32,000 nt of DNA from Candidatus Saccharimonadota bacterium (GTDB taxonomy: Bacteria > Pseudomonadota > Gammaproteobacteria > Enterobacterales > Enterobacteriaceae_A). How positions within the stretch are numbered: position 1 is the first letter of the stretch; each line of letters opens with the position of its first letter. The position numbers and the translations under genes were made by a program. Below the pieces are notes generated by a model, which worked only from the letters and a program-made list of their open reading frames with translations, had not been told where the DNA came from and made no database searches. The stretch covers positions 30,001 to 62,000 of the forward strand of contig CP116499.1 in the NCBI GenBank assembly GCA_030849405.1, read 5' to 3'. Of the stretch, positions 1-9,796 are shown in pieces.

Positions 1-602
1 CAATAAAATCATTAAAAAAAAAAAAGGGTATAATTTTAATTGATGATAAAAATAGAGAAAATGAAGGTGATATTATTTTTGCTGCTGAAAATATGACAAT
101 ACCACAAATGGCTTTAACTATTAGAAATGGTAGTGGAATTGTTTGTTTATGTATAACTGAAAAATTAAGAAAAAAACTTTTTTTACCTATGATGGTTATT
201 AAAAATTCAAGTAAATTTCAAACTCCTTTTACTATAAGTATTGAATCAAAAAAAAATGTTACTACTGGTGTATCAGCACATGATCGAATTAATACAATTC
301 GTACAATTGTATATAATAATAAAAAAAAATTTTGTTTTAATATGCCAGGGCATATTTTCCCTTTATGTGCACATCCTGGAGGATTATTAATTAGACGTGG
401 TCATACTGAAGCAACAATAAATTTATTACATTTATCTGGTTTTAAAAAAATTGGAGTATTATGTGAATTAACAAATAAAAACGGAAGTATGTCAAAAATA
501 AATGAAATTATTAATTTTTCTATTAAAAAAAAAATACCTATATTAACTATAGAGGATATTATTATTTATATGCATTATAAAAAAATATTTAAAAAAATTT
601 AA
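1..602 (+). CDS. ribB: 3,4-dihydroxy-2-butanone 4-phosphate synthase (riboflavin biosynthesis); 5' end lies outside the window
   Basis: The frame is open from nt 3. Nt 3..92 translate to IKSLKKKKGIILIDDKNRENEGDIIFAAEN and run directly into the ORF-track protein (MTIPQMALTIRNGSGIVCLCI...). The DRENEGD, TISIES and RRGHTEA blocks are colinear with E. coli RibB. Stop is TAA at 600-602. Confidence 0.9.
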   Translation, partial: IKSLKKKKGIILIDDKNRENEGDIIFAAENMTIPQMALTIRNGSGIVCLCITEKLRKKLFLPMMVIKNSSKFQTPFTISIESKKNVTTGVSAHDRINTIRTIVYNNKKKFCFNMPGHIFPLCAHPGGLLIRRGHTEATINLLHLSGFKKIGVLCELTNKNGSMSKINEIINFSIKKKIPILTIEDIIIYMHYKKIFKKI

Positions 603-671
603 TAAAAATATTATTTTAAATAATTTAATATAATAAAAATAATATTAATTTATTATTATAAATTTGTTAAT

Positions 672-1112
672 ATGTTATTAAAATTAATTTATTATCCTAA
701 TAAAACATTAAGAAAAAAATCAAAAAAAGTAAATAAAATAAATTTTAAAATTAAAAATATTGTATATAATATGTTTAAACTTATGTATAAAAAACAAGGT
801 ATAGGTTTATCTGCAATACAAGTAGGTATTAATAAAAAAATATTTATCATTGATATTTCTAAAAAAAATAATAAAAAATTAGTTTTTATAAATCCAAAAA
901 TTTTAAAACAAAATGGTAAAATATTTTACAATGAAGGTTGTTTGTCTATACCTAATTTTTTTGGTATTACTAAAAGATATTTAAATATTAAAATTATGGC
1001 ATTAAATTTAAACAATAATATATTTATATCTAAATTTACTAATCTTAAATCAGTATGTATACAACATGAAATAGATCATTTAAATGGTAAATTATTTATT
1101 GATTTTTTATAA
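672..1112 (+). CDS. def: peptide deformylase, C-terminally short (146 aa)
   Basis: All three PDF motifs are present: GIGLSAIQVG (motif 1), EGCLS (motif 2, Cys ligand) and QHEIDHLNG (HExxH, motif 3). The protein ends right after LFIDFL. Stop is TAA. Confidence 0.9.
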   Translation: MLLKLIYYPNKTLRKKSKKVNKINFKIKNIVYNMFKLMYKKQGIGLSAIQVGINKKIFIIDISKKNNKKLVFINPKILKQNGKIFYNEGCLSIPNFFGITKRYLNIKIMALNLNNNIFISKFTNLKSVCIQHEIDHLNGKLFIDFL

Positions 1113-1115
1113 TAA

Positions 1116-2507
1116 TTAAAACTCTATTGAATTTGGTGTTCTTGGAAAAGGTATAACATCTCTAATATTTTTTAATCCAGTTATATAACTTAAAATACGT
1201 TCAAAACCTAAACCAAAACCAGCATGGGGTATTGAACCATATTTTCTAATATCTCTATACCACCAATATTTTTTTTTTGATAATTTTGATTCTTTTATTC
1301 TTTTATCTAATATATTTAATTTATCTTCACGTTGCGATCCACCAATTATTTCACCAATACCAGGTACTAAAATATCCATATTAGATACAGTTTTACAATC
1401 TTTATTAATTTTCATATAAAATGATTTAATATATTTAGGATAATTTTTAATTATTATTGGTTTTTTAAAATATATATCAGTTAAATAACGTTCATGTTCA
1501 GAAAATATATCTAAACCCCATTTTATTGGAAATTTAAAATTAATATTTGATTTTAATAAAATTTTAATAGCTTCACTATAATCAATTTGTTCAAATTTAT
1601 AATATATAAAATTAATTAAATGATTAATATTTTTTTTATTAATTTTATTATTTAAAAAAAATAAATCTTCATATCTAGTATTTAAAATTTTTTTAAAAAT
1701 ATATTTTAACATATTTTCAGAAAGATTTATTATATCTTTTAATGTGGCAAATGCAATTTCAGGTTCAATCATCCAAAATTCAGATAAATGTCTACTTGTA
1801 TTTGAATTTTCAGCACGAAAAGTTGGTCCAAAAGTATAAATTTTAGAACAAGAGCATGCATAAGTTTCAGCTGTTAATTGTCCAGATACTGTTAAAAATG
1901 TTTTTTTACCAAAAAAATCTTTTTTATAATTAATTTTACTATTATTATATGGAATTTTTTTAAAATTAAAAGTTGAAACTTTAAACATATTACTATAACC
2001 TTCTGTATCAATACAAGTAATTAAAGGTGTTGTTATCCATAAAAAATTATTTTTATTTAAATACTTATGTATTGATTGCATTAAAGTATGTCTTATTCTA
2101 GTAATTGCGCTTATTAAATTTGTCCTAGGTCTTAAATGAGCAATTTCTCTTAAATACTCTTTACTATGATATTTTGATGTAATAGGATATGTTTTTAAAT
2201 TTTTAATTAACCCAATAATTTTAATTTTAATTACTTTAATTTCAAAAGTTTGTTTTTTTCCTATAGATAAAGTTAATAAACCTACAATTTCGACTGAACA
2301 ACCAATTTTTAAATTTAAAATATCATTATAATTTTTAATTTTTTTATTTATAATAATTTGACATGTTTTTAAACATGAACCGTCGTAAATTGAAATAAAT
2401 ATTATTCCTTTTTTTGAATTTCTTTTTGTTTTAACCCACCCATTAATTATTATTTTTTTATTTATTTTTTTAAAACCTTTTATTATTGAATTAATTGATA
2501 TTTTCAT
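1116..2507 (-). CDS. asnS: asparaginyl-tRNA synthetase
   Basis: 463 aa and colinear with E. coli AsnS (466 aa). The N-terminus reads GWVKTKRNSKKGIIFISIYDGSC. Class II motifs FRAENSNTSRHLSEFWMIEPE and GFGLGFERIL are present, with the C-terminus PFPRTPNSIEF. Confidence 0.95.
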   Translation of the reverse strand: MKISINSIIKGFKKINKKIIINGWVKTKRNSKKGIIFISIYDGSCLKTCQIIINKKIKNYNDILNLKIGCSVEIVGLLTLSIGKKQTFEIKVIKIKIIGLIKNLKTYPITSKYHSKEYLREIAHLRPRTNLISAITRIRHTLMQSIHKYLNKNNFLWITTPLITCIDTEGYSNMFKVSTFNFKKIPYNNSKINYKKDFFGKKTFLTVSGQLTAETYACSCSKIYTFGPTFRAENSNTSRHLSEFWMIEPEIAFATLKDIINLSENMLKYIFKKILNTRYEDLFFLNNKINKKNINHLINFIYYKFEQIDYSEAIKILLKSNINFKFPIKWGLDIFSEHERYLTDIYFKKPIIIKNYPKYIKSFYMKINKDCKTVSNMDILVPGIGEIIGGSQREDKLNILDKRIKESKLSKKKYWWYRDIRKYGSIPHAGFGLGFERILSYITGLKNIRDVIPFPRTPNSIEF

Positions 2508-2537
2508 ATTTTTAAATTTTAAATAATAATATTTTAA

Positions 2538-3356
2538 TTATATTTTAAAATATTTATTTTTATAAAAAAAATTAATTGTAATAAAATTAGATAATAAACA
2601 AAATTCAAATAATTTAATATTTTGAGATCTTAAATTATAATTTATTTTTATTAATTTAAATTGTTTTATTGTAATTATATTTTTTAAATTTTTTTTAATT
2701 TTTTTTCTACATTGTTTAAAAGATTTTTTAATTAATAATGTTAATATATTAATATTATTTACAAAATATTTTTTAATATATGGTTTTAAAATTAAAAAAA
2801 TAGATTCTATTTTAGGTATAGGTATAAAAGAGTTTTTAGATATTTTAAATATAGGTATAATATTATAAAAATATTTAATAATAATACTAATTCTTCTATT
2901 CTTTATATTAAAAATTTTATTAGAAAATTCTTTTTGTAATATTATATATATATATTTTATATAATATATGTATTTAATAATATAAAAAATAAATTTAGTT
3001 GTTATATTATATGGTATATTACCTATAAATTTAATTAAATAACCAATTTTTTTAATTAATTTTGATAAATTAATTTTTAGTAAATTTTTTTTATAAATTA
3101 TTATTTTTTTTTTTTTAAATTGTAAATATTTTTTTAAAAAATTAATTAAATTTAAATCAATTTCAATTAAAATAATTTTATATATATTTAAAATTATTAA
3201 TTTTGTAAGTACTCCAAAACCAGGACCTATTTCTATTAATACATCTTTTTTTTTAATTTGAATAATATTAATTATTATATTAATTATATATAAATTATTT
3301 AAAAAATTTTGACTTTTTTTTTTATTAGGATAAAATTTTTTTTTATTATTTAACAT
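2538..3356 (-). CDS. rsmA: 16S rRNA (adenine1518/1519-N6)-dimethyltransferase
   Basis: 272 aa, with SQNFL near the N-terminus, the SAM-binding motif EIGPGFGVLT, and GNIPYNITT. These match the KsgA/RsmA family layout. Confidence 0.85.
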   Translation of the reverse strand: MLNNKKKFYPNKKKSQNFLNNLYIINIIINIIQIKKKDVLIEIGPGFGVLTKLIILNIYKIILIEIDLNLINFLKKYLQFKKKKIIIYKKNLLKINLSKLIKKIGYLIKFIGNIPYNITTKFIFYIIKYIYYIKYIYIILQKEFSNKIFNIKNRRISIIIKYFYNIIPIFKISKNSFIPIPKIESIFLILKPYIKKYFVNNINILTLLIKKSFKQCRKKIKKNLKNIITIKQFKLIKINYNLRSQNIKLFEFCLLSNFITINFFYKNKYFKI

Positions 3357-3448
3357 TTTAATTTATAAATTTAATAATTTAATTTAAAATTAATTATTTT
3401 AATTTTTAAATTTTTATAAATATAATAATAAAATAAATTTAAATAAAA

Positions 3449-3522
3449 TGCGTCTGGATGGAATTGAACCACCGACTTTCATTGTGTCAAAATGATACTC
3501 TAACCTTCTGAGTTACAGACGC
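3449..3522 (-). tRNA. tRNA-Val (anticodon GAC); no encoded 3' CCA
   Basis: The reverse complement folds as a cloverleaf: GCGTCTG/TA/ACTC-AGAAGGTTA-GAGT/A/TCATT-TTGACAC-AATGA/AAGTC/GGTGG-TTCAATT-CCATC/CAGACGC/A. It has a 7-bp acceptor stem, U33, anticodon GAC and A37. Discriminator A is followed by TTTT rather than CCA. It forms a G+C island in otherwise AT-only spacer. Confidence 0.9.
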
Positions 3523-3824
3523 TAAAAAAATTTTTACATATTAAATAAATGTATTTAATTTTAATAAATTTTTATTTTATTACAATATTTATAGATATTT
3601 TATTTTATTAAAATTTAAATATTAAATAAATATATTTTTAAAATAATAAAATTAATAATAAATTAAAATTATAAATATAAAAATATCAAAATTTTTGTAT
3701 TTTATTAAATATTAATAATATTTATATAATATAAAATAAAAAAAGATAATTAATTATTAATATATTTTAATTTAATTAATTTTATTAATAATTTATTAAT
3801 TTTATAAATTAAATAGGTAATATT

Positions 3825-4691
3825 TTGATTATTATAAAAAAACCAAATTGGATTAAAATTAAAATACCAAAAAAAAATAAAAACATTAATAATATTAAAA
3901 ATATTTTTATTAAAAATAATATTAATTCAGTTTGTAAAGAAGCTAAATGTCCTAATTTATATGAATGTTTTAATAAAGGTGTTTCAACTTTTATGATTTT
4001 AGGAAATATTTGTACTAGAAATTGTAATTTTTGTAATGTTAAAAAAGGTAGACCTAAAAAAATAAATTTAAATGAACCTAAAAAGTTATTTAAAATAATT
4101 AATTATATTAAATTAAATTATGTTGTAATAACATCTGTTAATAGAGATGATTTAATAGATGGTGGAATTAAACATTTTTATAATTGTATTAAAAAAATTA
4201 AAAAAATTAAAAATATTATAATTGAAATATTAGTTCCAGATTTTCGTAATTGTATGAATAATGCTTTAAAAATACTAAATTTTAATAATCCTAATATATT
4301 TAATCATAATTTAGAAACTACATTTAATATTTATAATAAAATTTTATTAAATTCTAAATATGAAAGATCATTAAAACTTTTAAGAAAATTTAAGAATATA
4401 CAACCTAAAATTCCAACTAAATCTGGTTTAATGGTAGGTTTAGGAGAAAAAAATAATGAAATTTATAAAACTTTTTATGAATTAAAAAAAAAAGGTGTTA
4501 ATATAATCACTATAGGTCAATATCTTCAACCAAGTTATAAACACATTAATGTTAAAAAATATATTAATCCAAAAAAATTTATTTTTTATAAAATAAAATT
4601 ATTAGAAATGGGTTTTAATTTTGCATTTTGTGGACCATTTGTACGTTCATCTTATAATGCAAACTTACAATATAATGAATATAAAAATTAA
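3825..4691 (+). CDS. lipA: lipoyl synthase (radical SAM)
   Basis: The auxiliary cluster motif CKEAKCPNLYEC and the radical-SAM motif CTRNCNFC are present. VPDFRN, PTKSGLMVGLGE and GPFVRSSY are colinear with E. coli LipA. The ORF as given starts at TTG (3825), preceded by TAGGTAA. It is about 33 aa shorter than E. coli at the N-terminus, so the exact start is less certain than the gene call. Confidence 0.9.
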   Translation: MIIIKKPNWIKIKIPKKNKNINNIKNIFIKNNINSVCKEAKCPNLYECFNKGVSTFMILGNICTRNCNFCNVKKGRPKKINLNEPKKLFKIINYIKLNYVVITSVNRDDLIDGGIKHFYNCIKKIKKIKNIIIEILVPDFRNCMNNALKILNFNNPNIFNHNLETTFNIYNKILLNSKYERSLKLLRKFKNIQPKIPTKSGLMVGLGEKNNEIYKTFYELKKKGVNIITIGQYLQPSYKHINVKKYINPKKFIFYKIKLLEMGFNFAFCGPFVRSSYNANLQYNEYKN

Positions 4692-4838
4692 ATTATAATA
4701 TTTAAATATTATATTTTATAAAATATTAATTATAAATAATTTTAATTATTAAATATCTATAATTATTTATTGAATTAAATTAATTAAAATATTTTATTTA
4801 TTTAAACATTTATATAATTAAATTTTTTAAAAAAAAAA

Positions 4839-6656
4839 TTAAGTTTTAATAGATTTACGATTCATTAAATTACAAATTTGTTTATAATTTAATGTTTCAT
4901 ATTTAATTAAAGCATCTTTCATAGAATATAAAATATCTATATTTTTTATTAATAAATTACGAGCTTTAATATAATTTTTTTCTATTGTTAATTTTATTTC
5001 TTGATCTATCATATATAATGTTGCGTCTGATATATTTTTTGTTGTTATTTTATTATTATCTAAATATATTGAATCATTTATTTCATTATTATATAAAAGA
5101 GGACCTAATTTTTCAGAAAAACCCCATTTAGTAATCATATTTCTTGCAATTAAAGTAGCTACTTTTATATCATTATAAGCTCCGTTTGATATATTTTTTC
5201 TCCCATATATTATTTCTTCAGCTATTCTTCCTCCATATAAAGTAGATATTTGACCATTTAATTTTTTAAAATTTTCATTTATTAAATCATATTTTGGAAT
5301 AAAACAAGTTGAACCTAAAGAATAACCTCTAGGTATAATAGTAACTTTATGTATTGGATCATGATCAGGTATTAAATAACCTACAATAACATGTCCTGAT
5401 TCATGAAATGCTATTAATTCTTTTTGTTTGTTTGTCATTACCATAGAATTTCTTTCAATACCCATAATAATTTTATCTTTTGCTTGTTCTAATTCATTCA
5501 TAGTTATTTTTTTTTTTTTTAAACGTACAGTTAATAAAGCAGCTTCATTTATTAAATTTGATAAATCTGCTCCTGAAAAACCAGGTGTACTTCTAGCAAT
5601 TAAAGATAAATTAACATCATTTGATATAATTACATTACGTATATGTATTTTTAAAATTTCTTCTCTTCCTTTTATATCAGGAAGTCCAATATATATTTTT
5701 CTATCAAAACGTCCAGGTCTTAATAATGCATTATCTAATATATCTGGTCTATTTGTTGCTGCTATAATAATAATACTTTGATTATTTTCAAATCCATCCA
5801 TTTCAACTAATAATTGGTTTAATGTTTGATCTCTTTCATCATTTCCACCATTTATTCCTATGCCTCTTTTTTTACCAACAGCATCTATTTCATCAATAAA
5901 AATAATACATGGTATAAATTTTTTAGCTTGATTAAACATACTTCTAACTCTAGAAGCACCTACTCCTATAAACATTTCTACAAAGTCAGATCCAGAAATT
6001 GAAAAAAAAGAAACACCTGATTCTCCAGCAATAGCTTTAGCTAATAAAGTTTTACCAGTACCAGAAGGACCAATTATTAAAACACCTTTAGGTATTTTAC
6101 AACCTATTTTTTTAAATTTATTTGGATTTTTTAAAAATTCAATTATTTCATTTAATTCTTCTTTTGCTTCATTACAACCAGCAACATCTTTTAAAGTAGT
6201 TTTAATTTTATTTAATTTTGACATTTTAGTTTTACTTTTACTAAAAGACATTGCTTTTTTACTACTATTATATATTTGTTTAGTAAAATATATCCAAAAA
6301 CAAATAAATAATAATATTGGAATCCAAGATGAAATTATTGTTATTATTATATTGTTATTATTTTTATTATGTTCTTGCCCTATAATTTTAACATTTTTAA
6401 TTAATAATGTATCTAATAATTTATTATCATTTATTGGGATATAAGTATTATATTGATCATTATTTTTTTTAATAACACTAATTTCTTTATCATTAATTTT
6501 TACTTCTTTAATTTTATTTTGTGTTAATTCTGTTATAAATTTAGAATATTCAATATAATTATTATTATATGATTTATAAATTATATTTTGTACAAAAAAC
6601 ATTACAAAAAATATTATAAAAATATAAGTTATTATTTTTTTAATTATTTTTTTCAT
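4839..6656 (-). CDS. ftsH: ATP-dependent zinc metalloprotease FtsH
   Basis: 605 aa, with two N-terminal hydrophobic segments, Walker A GPSGTGKT, Walker [10 protein letters not shown], the SRH region, and the zinc motif HESGH. Confidence 0.97.
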   Translation of the reverse strand: MKKIIKKIITYIFIIFFVMFFVQNIIYKSYNNNYIEYSKFITELTQNKIKEVKINDKEISVIKKNNDQYNTYIPINDNKLLDTLLIKNVKIIGQEHNKNNNNIIITIISSWIPILLFICFWIYFTKQIYNSSKKAMSFSKSKTKMSKLNKIKTTLKDVAGCNEAKEELNEIIEFLKNPNKFKKIGCKIPKGVLIIGPSGTGKTLLAKAIAGESGVSFFSISGSDFVEMFIGVGASRVRSMFNQAKKFIPCIIFIDEIDAVGKKRGIGINGGNDERDQTLNQLLVEMDGFENNQSIIIIAATNRPDILDNALLRPGRFDRKIYIGLPDIKGREEILKIHIRNVIISNDVNLSLIARSTPGFSGADLSNLINEAALLTVRLKKKKITMNELEQAKDKIIMGIERNSMVMTNKQKELIAFHESGHVIVGYLIPDHDPIHKVTIIPRGYSLGSTCFIPKYDLINENFKKLNGQISTLYGGRIAEEIIYGRKNISNGAYNDIKVATLIARNMITKWGFSEKLGPLLYNNEINDSIYLDNNKITTKNISDATLYMIDQEIKLTIEKNYIKARNLLIKNIDILYSMKDALIKYETLNYKQICNLMNRKSIKT

Positions 6657-6660
6657 TTTT

Positions 6661-6665
6661 TCCTT
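6661..6665 (-). promoter_or_regulatory. Shine-Dalgarno-like AAGGA upstream of the ftsH start codon
   Basis: The minus strand reads AATAAAAGGAAAAAATG, giving AAGGA, a 4-nt spacer, then the ftsH ATG at 6656-6654. It lies in the 23-nt rlmE-ftsH gap. Confidence 0.5.
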
Positions 6666-6679
6666 TTATTTAAATTTAT

Positions 6680-7300
6680 TTAATTTTTAAACTTAAATTT
6701 AAACTTAAAAGCAATTATATATATTTCTTTAGAATTTGAATGTGAAGAATTTGGTTTAAATATTTTTATTTTTTTAAACATATTAAAAATATATTTAATA
6801 TAATATTCATAATTATTACCTTGAAATATTTTAATTATACATATACCACCAATTTTTAATATATTTTTAATAATTTTAATTACTAATTTTACTAAATTAA
6901 TAGATTTTGGAATATCAATTGAAGCTATACCACTAATATTAGGTGAAAGATCTGACATTACAATATGAACATTATTATAACCTAAATAATTAGTTATTTT
7001 ATTAATAAAATTAATATTTAAAATATTTTCTACTATACATATTACATTTTTAATAGGATTTATTTTTTTAATATCATAAGCAATAACATAACCTTTTTTT
7101 CCAATTTTAGTGCTTGCATATTTTGACCAACCTCCAGGAGCTGCACCTAAATCAACCACGATCATATTTGGTTTAAATATTTTATAATGTTTTTGAATTT
7201 CTGAAATTTTAAACCAAGCTCTTGATCTTAAATTTTTTTTTTTAACATAGTAAACATATTTATCTTTTAAATTTCTTTTTAACCAATTATTTTTAATCAT
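6680..7300 (-). CDS. rlmE: 23S rRNA (uridine2552-2'-O)-methyltransferase
   Basis: 206 aa, with LRSRAWFKISEIQ and the SAM motif VVDLGAAPGGWS. It sits immediately upstream of ftsH, as in the conserved enterobacterial rlmE(ftsJ)-ftsH operon. Confidence 0.92.
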   Translation of the reverse strand: MIKNNWLKRNLKDKYVYYVKKKNLRSRAWFKISEIQKHYKIFKPNMIVVDLGAAPGGWSKYASTKIGKKGYVIAYDIKKINPIKNVICIVENILNINFINKITNYLGYNNVHIVMSDLSPNISGIASIDIPKSINLVKLVIKIIKNILKIGGICIIKIFQGNNYEYYIKYIFNMFKKIKIFKPNSSHSNSKEIYIIAFKFKFKFKN

Positions 7301-7408
7301 ATATTATATATATTAAAATTTAAAATATTTAAGAATAATTTAAAAAAAATATAAGTCAATAGTTATTAAAAAAATATTAAAAATTAATTATAAATTTAAG
7401 GTATTAAA

Positions 7409-9049
7409 ATGAATAAAAAAAAAACACAAAATTTTATAATAAATATTATTAAAAAAGATTTATTTAAAAAAAAATATAAAATAATAAAAACTAGATTTCC
7501 ACCAGAACCTAATGGTTATTTACATATAGGACATGCTAAATCTTTATTTTTAAATTCTTATATATCTAAAAAATATAATGGTATTTTTAATTTACGTTTT
7601 GATGATACTAATCCAATTTATGAAAATATTAAATATATCAAATCTATTATAAAAGATATTAAATGGTTAGGTATAAATATTAATAATATTTATTATACTT
7701 CAAATTATTTTAATAAAATATATAAATATGCAGTTAAATTAATTAAACAAAATTTAGCTTATGTTGATAAATTATCTAAAAATAAAATTAAAAAAAAAAG
7801 AGGAACTTTAACTTATAAAGGTAAAAATAGTCCTTATAGAAATCAAAATATAAATACAAATTTAAAATTATTTAAAAAAATGAAAAAGGGTTATTTTTCT
7901 GAACAATCATTATGTTTACGTGCTAAAATAAATATGTCTTCTAGTAATATAATAATGAGAGATCCAATATTATATAGAATTAAATATAATTTACATAATC
8001 AAACTATTAAAAAATGGTGTATTTATCCTACTTATGATTTTTCACATTGTATTTCCGATGCAATAGAAAAAATTTCACATTCATTATGTACATTAGAATT
8101 TATAGATAATCGTATTTTATATAATTGGATAATTAAAAATATAAAAATAAAATTTCGTCCTTGTCAATATGAATTTTCAAAATTAAATTTAACTTTTTCT
8201 ATTTTATCAAAAAGAAAATTGAAATTTTTAGTTAATAATAAATTTGTTAATGGTTGGGATGATCCTAGAATGCCTACTTTATCAGCTTATAAAAGAAGAG
8301 GTTATGATAATAATTCTATTATATCTTTTTTAAAAAATATAAATATAAATAAACAAGAAAATATAATTGATATAAATATGTTAGAATCATATATTCGAAA
8401 TAATTTAAATATTAATGCTTTACGTATAATGGGAGTTTTAAATCCATTAAAAGTAATTTTGATAAATATGGAAAAATATACTGAAATGATTTTAATGTTA
8501 AATCATCCTATTAAAAAAAAAATGGGTTTTCGTTTAGTACCTTTTTACTATAAAATTTATATTGAAAGATCAGATTTTAAAGAAAAAAAAAAAAAAAAAT
8601 ATAAAGGATTAATTTTAGGAAATAAAGTAAGATTAAGAAATTCTTATATAATAAAAGCAAAAAAAATTATTAAAAATATTTGTGGTATTATAAAAACAAT
8701 TTTTTGTTATTATTATTCAAATACTTTAAATAAAAATCAAAATGGTTATAAAAAAAATGATGTTATTCATTGGGTTTCAAAAAAACATTATCTAAATATC
8801 AATGTAAATCTATATAATTATTTATTTAAAAAACCAAATATTATTAAAAAAAAAAATTTAATTAAAGAAATAAATCCATTTTCTTTAATTATTAAACATT
8901 GTTATGTTGAACCTAGTTTATTTTATTTTAACATTAAAAAAAAATATCAATTTGAAAGAATAGGTTATTTTTATATAGATAATTATAAATATAAATATAA
9001 CTTAATTTTTAATAGAATAATTACACTTAAAAAAAAAATTAAAAAATAA
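7409..9049 (+). CDS. glnS: glutaminyl-tRNA synthetase
   Basis: 546 aa, with RFPPEPNGYLHIGHAKS (HIGH region) and LSKRK (KMSKS-equivalent). It is colinear with E. coli GlnRS. AAGG lies 9 nt upstream of the ATG. Confidence 0.95.
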   Translation: MNKKKTQNFIINIIKKDLFKKKYKIIKTRFPPEPNGYLHIGHAKSLFLNSYISKKYNGIFNLRFDDTNPIYENIKYIKSIIKDIKWLGININNIYYTSNYFNKIYKYAVKLIKQNLAYVDKLSKNKIKKKRGTLTYKGKNSPYRNQNINTNLKLFKKMKKGYFSEQSLCLRAKINMSSSNIIMRDPILYRIKYNLHNQTIKKWCIYPTYDFSHCISDAIEKISHSLCTLEFIDNRILYNWIIKNIKIKFRPCQYEFSKLNLTFSILSKRKLKFLVNNKFVNGWDDPRMPTLSAYKRRGYDNNSIISFLKNININKQENIIDINMLESYIRNNLNINALRIMGVLNPLKVILINMEKYTEMILMLNHPIKKKMGFRLVPFYYKIYIERSDFKEKKKKKYKGLILGNKVRLRNSYIIKAKKIIKNICGIIKTIFCYYYSNTLNKNQNGYKKNDVIHWVSKKHYLNINVNLYNYLFKKPNIIKKKNLIKEINPFSLIIKHCYVEPSLFYFNIKKKYQFERIGYFYIDNYKYKYNLIFNRIITLKKKIKK

Positions 9050-9126
9050 TTTATTTTATTAATAAATAAAATATATTTATATATTTAATATTAATTTTAA
9101 AATATTAAATATTTAAATAAATTAAA

Positions 9127-9774
9127 ATGAAAATAAAAAGACAAATAATTTTTGATACAGAAACTACTGGTTTAAACAAATTTGGTTTACCTTATTTAGG
9201 ACATCGTATTATTGAAATTGGAGCAATAGAATTAATAAATAGAAAATTTACAGGTAAAATTTTTCATTCATATATTAAACCTGATAGATTAATTGATGCG
9301 GAAGCATTTTCAATACATGGAATTAGTAATAAATTTTTAAGTAATAAAAAAAAATTTTCAGATATTGCAAATAAATTTTTAAAATTTATTAATAATTCAG
9401 ATTTAATAGCACATAATGCAATGTTTGATGTTAATTTTATAAATTATGAATTTTCATTACTTAATAAAAACATATTTAAAATAGAAAATTTTTGTAATAT
9501 AATTGATACTTTATCAATAGCACGTAAATTATTTCCTGGAAAAAATAATAGTTTAAATGCATTATGTAAACGTTACGAAATTGATAAAAGTAAACGTGTT
9601 TTTCATAGTGCTTTAATTGATGCTAAATTATTAGCAAAAATTTATTTATTTATGACTGGAGGACAAAAATCTTTAAAATTAAATAAATATAATTTATTTA
9701 AAAAAAAAATATTAAAATTTACTAATATAATATATGCTAATAAAGAAGATATTTTAAAAAATAATTTTTATTAA
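9127..9774 (+). CDS. dnaQ: DNA polymerase III epsilon subunit (3'-5' proofreading exonuclease)
   Basis: 215 aa, with Exo I IFDTETTG, Exo II AHNAMFDVNF and Exo III HSALIDAKLLAKIY, followed by MTGGQ as in E. coli epsilon. The C-terminal tail is shorter than in E. coli (243 aa). Confidence 0.92.
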   Translation: MKIKRQIIFDTETTGLNKFGLPYLGHRIIEIGAIELINRKFTGKIFHSYIKPDRLIDAEAFSIHGISNKFLSNKKKFSDIANKFLKFINNSDLIAHNAMFDVNFINYEFSLLNKNIFKIENFCNIIDTLSIARKLFPGKNNSLNALCKRYEIDKSKRVFHSALIDAKLLAKIYLFMTGGQKSLKLNKYNLFKKKILKFTNIIYANKEDILKNNFY

Positions 9775-9796
9775 AAATTAAAATTAATGTTAAATA

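Noticed and set aside
4694-4713. A perfect 20-nt palindrome TATAATATTTAAATATTATA between convergent lipA and ftsH, which could be a bidirectional terminator.
   Set aside because: The stem would be entirely A:U with a minimal loop and has no flanking U-tract logic distinct from the background. Such AT palindromes are expected by chance at this base composition.
5428-5781. A 117-aa ORF on the plus strand from the ORF track.
   Set aside because: It lies entirely antisense within the well-supported ftsH gene (AAA+ domain region). Its product is a low-complexity Ile/Phe/Leu-rich string with no recognisable motif. Long antisense ORFs are expected by chance because TTA, TCA and CTA triplets are depleted opposite a Lys/Asn/Ile-rich coding strand.
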